DNA from: Girardia tigrina
Lineage: Eukaryota
Reading direction: 5' to 3'
DNA length: 54,234 nucleotides
Assembly: GCA_001938485.1 (NCBI GenBank)
Contig: MQRK01202609.1
Coordinates: 25,827 to 80,060 of the forward strand
Position 1 is the stretch's first letter, and each line of letters begins with the position of its first letter. Of this stretch, positions 49,709 through 54,234 are shown piece by piece. The position numbers and the translations under genes were made by a program. The notes beneath the pieces are model-generated. The model was given only the letters and a program-made list of their open reading frames with translations. It was not told the origin of the DNA and searched no databases.

Positions 49709-52502
49709 CAGGCATTATTCTAAACGTGTAGTTGAGACAAAAATTTGTAGTTGAGAAAGTCTTTTGTGCATTTTAAAAATTAGCAACATGTTATTCGTCG
49801 ATCGACTATCCCATTTCTGACAACGTATTTTAGTGAAAATAGGAATCAATTGTTATTGGAACCAGCGTATAATACAACATATATTCTGTACACACATACA
49901 TACATGGAGAAGCAACTGCAAAAATGTCCATCATTAAAAGACTCGATGTTTTATTGCCGTAGAATTCTCGGATCCATCGCCTTCCATATCTTCACAATGA
50001 TTAGCGTAGGATGCCTCTGAGAAGATACCATTGTACCATGCTTGCTCTCTTGCTTTTGGTTTGTCTTTATGTCGCCGTGCTTTGTTGTTAATCCACAGTC
50101 ACACTGCCTCTCTTGGGTCCCAGTTCACAAGAGGAGGCATGTTGTGATACAAGTAAAGATACTCATTCTCGGAATCAATAGATAGTCGGCTCCGGCTGCT
50201 CTGAGTCAATGTCATCTTACGAAGGTTTTCAATATTGTCAAACTGCAAAATGTCCTCGTACTCGAGGGAGAGCTCAGTGAAGCTGATGTCTGTGGAAATA
50301 CATTGATGAACCATTTTCAGATTCACTTGAGGCTGTAATTGGACGAAAGGTTTGCACATTTACACCAATTCCGCGTCAATGTCCAGTCGCTGGCTGAGGT
50401 ATTCAACAAGAGAATGCAGCACTTCATGACACACTGCTTTCACATTCCGCTTGTCAGATACATACAGATGATTCTCTTTAAGCCGTCTCGTATGGGAAGT
50501 GAGCTTCATTCCTTTCAGCAGTATTACTCCATCATACTCCTGGGTGATGCTGTCTTGCATAGCCTTCATCCATCCGTCAGGTAAATGCTTCTCTTCCATA
50601 GCTAGGAGTCGTGTTTTCATAACACCTGTAAGCCTGTCAACATCCAATATGGTGACATCATTGCTCTGCATCTGTCTTTCATATCGACTGAATACTGCAA
50701 GGATGTTGGTGAGGAAGCGTAGCAGAAGAAGTTTGTCGTGATCCAAGAGAACCGATAGAAATCCGCGTGCCCCCTTGTCACTCGAAACTTGCATGTGCAG
50801 GACCAACGTGTGCCACAACACCAGGACAGCATTCAACAGATTATACGCAAATTCTGTCCATCTCACCTCGAACAGCGCTGGAAGTGCCATGACCTTCATA
50901 TTTTCGGCAGGAGAAATATTTCGCATTTCCTTTGTTAGGATGAGTGGAAACATGTTGACAGTTTCACAAGCATGTTAAACATATGTTCCACCTCAACTAC
51001 AAATGCAATTGTTGATTTCCATGTGATGTTTGCTCTGTGCACCGAACACCAAATAATAATCAAGGGAATTTGATTGTCTTCGCAAACTTTTCTCCTTTTC
51101 GAATGGAAAAGAGTCCACAAACCTGACTTGTCACCTGTGTTGATGGAAGTGACATCTGTCTCAAGGGAAGATGCATTAGTAAAAATGTGATTTGTTGCAC
51201 ATATTCCAACTGTTTCAATGCATGCATTCTCAACTGCATGCAGATGTCCGATGGCACCACGACTAGGAGGTTCTCTGGCACCTAAAAAGTAAAGGTTCTC
51301 CTCATCAATCTTCATGATCACCTTCACCATGACACACACTTTGTCTGTATGGGTTCGGTCAACAGATCCATCACATCTTAACGAGAGTGCCAATGTATCA
51401 TCCATTATTTTTTGAGAAAATGATTTCCTATCACTTTCACCAATGCATTGCAAGAATTCTTTATGTACAGCAGGACTTATATACTGAAAGTTCAAATCAG
51501 CCTCACACTGAGGCTTAGGATCCAAATAAGAAAACTGGGATGCAAGGTGGCTTATAGTTATTCTTGCAGGAAATGTGCGTGCACTCAAATGTCAGCTTCT
51601 TCGCGTCTCCATAGATGTGCAACATGAGTCTGCCAATTTTTTCAGTCAATTTTGCATTAGACTTAAATATGACGGTCATCATTGGGGACTCATTGACTCT
51701 TTCCGCGTGAGAAAGGCTGGACAGTCGCATGGCTTTAACACATACTTGATGATAAGGTAGTAGAATATGTGTTTCAATGGTATCTTTTCGGAAAATTGTG
51801 CCGCAGTCTTGAGCGATTGGCGGTATTTATCCCTTGGTAGATAAACGTTTCACTACGTCAGGGAATTTCAGGCATGCTGTGCACTTTACGTAACGGCGGC
51901 CATTTCTGTGGAAATGCGCTAAATATTTATCTTGAGACGGAAATTCTTTATTTGCTTTCAGCTGTAACCTCATAGGTAAAAGTGGATCAGCAGACGTAGA
52001 AACAACCGTTGATGGGGAATGTTCCTTAACACGAAAGAAATTAATAATGCTTTCATTGCCTTCTTGCATTGTTTTACAGCGCTTAGGAAGTGACATCTAC
52101 AAAATCAAAATTCCAATCATCAAAATATTTAAATACAAGGTAATCTAATGTAATTTTCGTAAGACTTACTGGGAGAGTGACACTCACTCACTCAGTAACA
52201 CTTAGATACGTATATGCAAGTTAAGGAGACGAGAAGTGAGTAATTCAATCAGTTGCGCTTAAAAGTTTAAATTGTTTGATTCATTAAAACGCAACCATAT
52301 CCATATTATATTTTATTGAAATAAAGGCGTGATATAAAAATTTTAAATTTCATTTATAATGTATTAATGTGGTATAAATAAAATGTCAATTATCAAAGGC
52401 AAATGTTTCCAGATACTTCATTTTATACAATCTATAGATATAGAGATCTCCATATAAAGTTGAAGAATGTGGAGTTGAGAAAAAAGCTTAGAATAATGCC
52501 TG
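49709..52502 (-). mobile_element. hAT element (ZNF862-like transposase) with perfect TIRs and 8-bp TSD
   Basis: TIR CAGGCATTATTCTAA at both ends. TSD GTTACAAT at 49701-49708 and 52503-52510. Confidence 0.92.
49990..52096 (-). pseudogene. ZNF862-like hAT transposase, frameshifted and internally deleted
   Basis: Motifs LRCDGSVDR, TD.TSINTG...GL, WCSVHR, FEVRWTEF. Confidence 0.8.
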
Positions 52503-53139
52503 GTTACAATGTCTCCTTTGTGTATACAATAAATGAAATGATTCAAGTAATCCTAAGTTCTTCAAAAATGTACAGTAGATCGTTTTTGTCTCATGAGTTT
52601 TGTCATCTGTGCGCACAAAACTCCATATATAGTCACCCATCAGGGCTTCGTCCCAACGTCCATGATATCGCTTCTCCATCACCGTAATGTCCTGGTGGAA
52701 CCTCTCACCGTGCTCTTCGCTAACATCTCTATGATTTGGTCTAAAGAATTCCAAGTGAGAGTGCAGATAATGCAGCTTTGTTGACATTCTACAACCCAAA
52801 TCTTGGTAGCTGTTGAGTAATTCTTCAATCAGTTCCTTATAATTATCCGCTCTGTTGTTGCCAAAAATATTAGAAACTACATGCTCGTAAGCAGTCCAGA
52901 TTCTCTTTTCTTTTTCTTTCATTTTACTCTCTAGACTTTCTGATTCGAACATCTGTCTCACTTGTGGTTCAACAGACACAACTGTTGAAACCTAAGCTTC
53001 TGATAGATTGGGAAACAATGACCTGATCTATTTAAGGGTTTCACCACTATGATTTAGGGCTGTTACAAATTGTTTAATCAATTCTAATTTTATATGCAGT
53101 GGAGTTAAAAAATTTTTGTCAGCAGAAACAAGAGCAACA

Positions 53140-54234
53140 TTTTTCACGCTGTATGCACCTGGTTGCAAGTCACTTCATTCAGGTCATTCTCTTCGGACAT
53201 AATGATTTGCTCTGTGTCTGCTATCCCATAAACAAAGAAAACAACTTTGTGAATCCAAGAAGAAAACCAATCACCTTGAAAACTCCACAAATATCCCATT
53301 TGTAGTTGAGAAGTCACTTTGTTCATCATTCTTGATTTCGTAGTAAGGCATTTCGAAATCAATAGTTTCGATAACAATGTCAACTACTGCATTGTGGCCT
53401 GCAGTGATGAGCGACATGTTCATGTTGCATGGACACAGAACATGCATTTGTGTTTCAGCATATTGTCGACATGCTCTGCAGAGTGTATGTTCCCTTGGTT
53501 TCCCTGGTTTAAAGTTGACAGGCATGTTTCCTGTTCGAGCTTGATGGATGAATCGCCATTCTGTTGCAGTGAGGCTTCCATCATATAATACTTGGCTGGA
53601 TATTTTATTTTTGCTCAGAGCGTCAGCCGATCTACCAGCACTCGCTTGTCTTGACCAATACACAAATTTCTGGTGAATATATAATCTGTGAAATTCGAAG
53701 GACAAAGTTTTCTTGTTTGCGGCAGATATTGTTAAGGATTCTTTGGATGATTTGATATTTAGACATATGCCCAAATGATGGTCTTGGAGAAAACGTGTTT
53801 GTAGACCAATCTTGTNNNNNNNNNNNNNNNNNNNNNNNNNNNNNNNNNNNNNNNNNNNNNNNNNNNNNNNNNNNNNNNNNNNNNNNNNNNNNNNNNNNNN
53901 NNNNNNNNNNNNNNNNNNNNNNNNNNNNNNNNNNNNNNNNNNNNNNNNNNNNNNNNNNNNNNNNNTTGTTGAGATTGATCAGTGTCAATTCGGCTACCTT
54001 TAAATCTTCACAGGTTAGGTTTCTGAACGCCTGGATGATTGATTGTATGGCATATTCATCGCGGGTTTCAACGAGTCCGAGTCCGTCGTATTCTTTCCCA
54101 GCATAGAGATAGTCATTGGAGGCTGTTGGCTGAAGTCCGCATATAGGCTTTATGATTTTTCTGATTTCTATGTCAAGACCGTAGTCAAAGACTTTGTTCT
54201 TGACGTCTGCATGACCATATTTGGTAAGTTCTCT
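53140..54234 (-). mobile_element. Non-LTR retrotransposon fragment with restriction-like endonuclease (R2/NeSL group)
   Basis: Thumb motif YLYAGKEYDGLGL, WRFIHQAR, zinc knuckle CRAC...ETQMHVLCPC followed by HNAVV. Confidence 0.8.

Larger units (their letters stand above)
49492..53135 (-). mobile_element. Chapaev3-type DNA transposon, 3' part, interrupted by a hAT element
   Basis: TAA|CACTGGGTAACAAATTTT terminus. Transposase C-terminus at ~52570-53135: PLHIKL.LIKQFVTAL, MSTKLHYLHSHL, VSEEHGERFHQDI..MEKRY, MGDYIW. Confidence 0.8.

Overview
AT-rich eukaryotic (probably invertebrate) draft-assembly DNA with six N-gaps. It is mostly decayed and nested transposons: Tc1/mariner, hAT, MULE, Chapaev3, Ty3/Gypsy LTR elements, Penelope-like elements with hammerhead remnants, and an RLE-type non-LTR element. 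Host-type sequence is sparse: a TCP1/CCT-alpha 5' fragment, a spliced SSB-like gene, an acidic ORF and a single-TM ORF. The most notable structure is a 3,340-bp TG...CA insertion (24567-27906) with a 4-bp CTGT target-site duplication, placed exactly at the LTR/PBS junction of a Gypsy element. It has no pol gene and resembles a giant solo LTR. It carries intron-containing genes antisense to the inferred LTR direction, including a 5-exon unit built from a 171-bp exon+intron module. A diverged relative at 164-353 shares its terminus and shows synonymous codon differences in the last exon. All calls were made by eye, without database searches.
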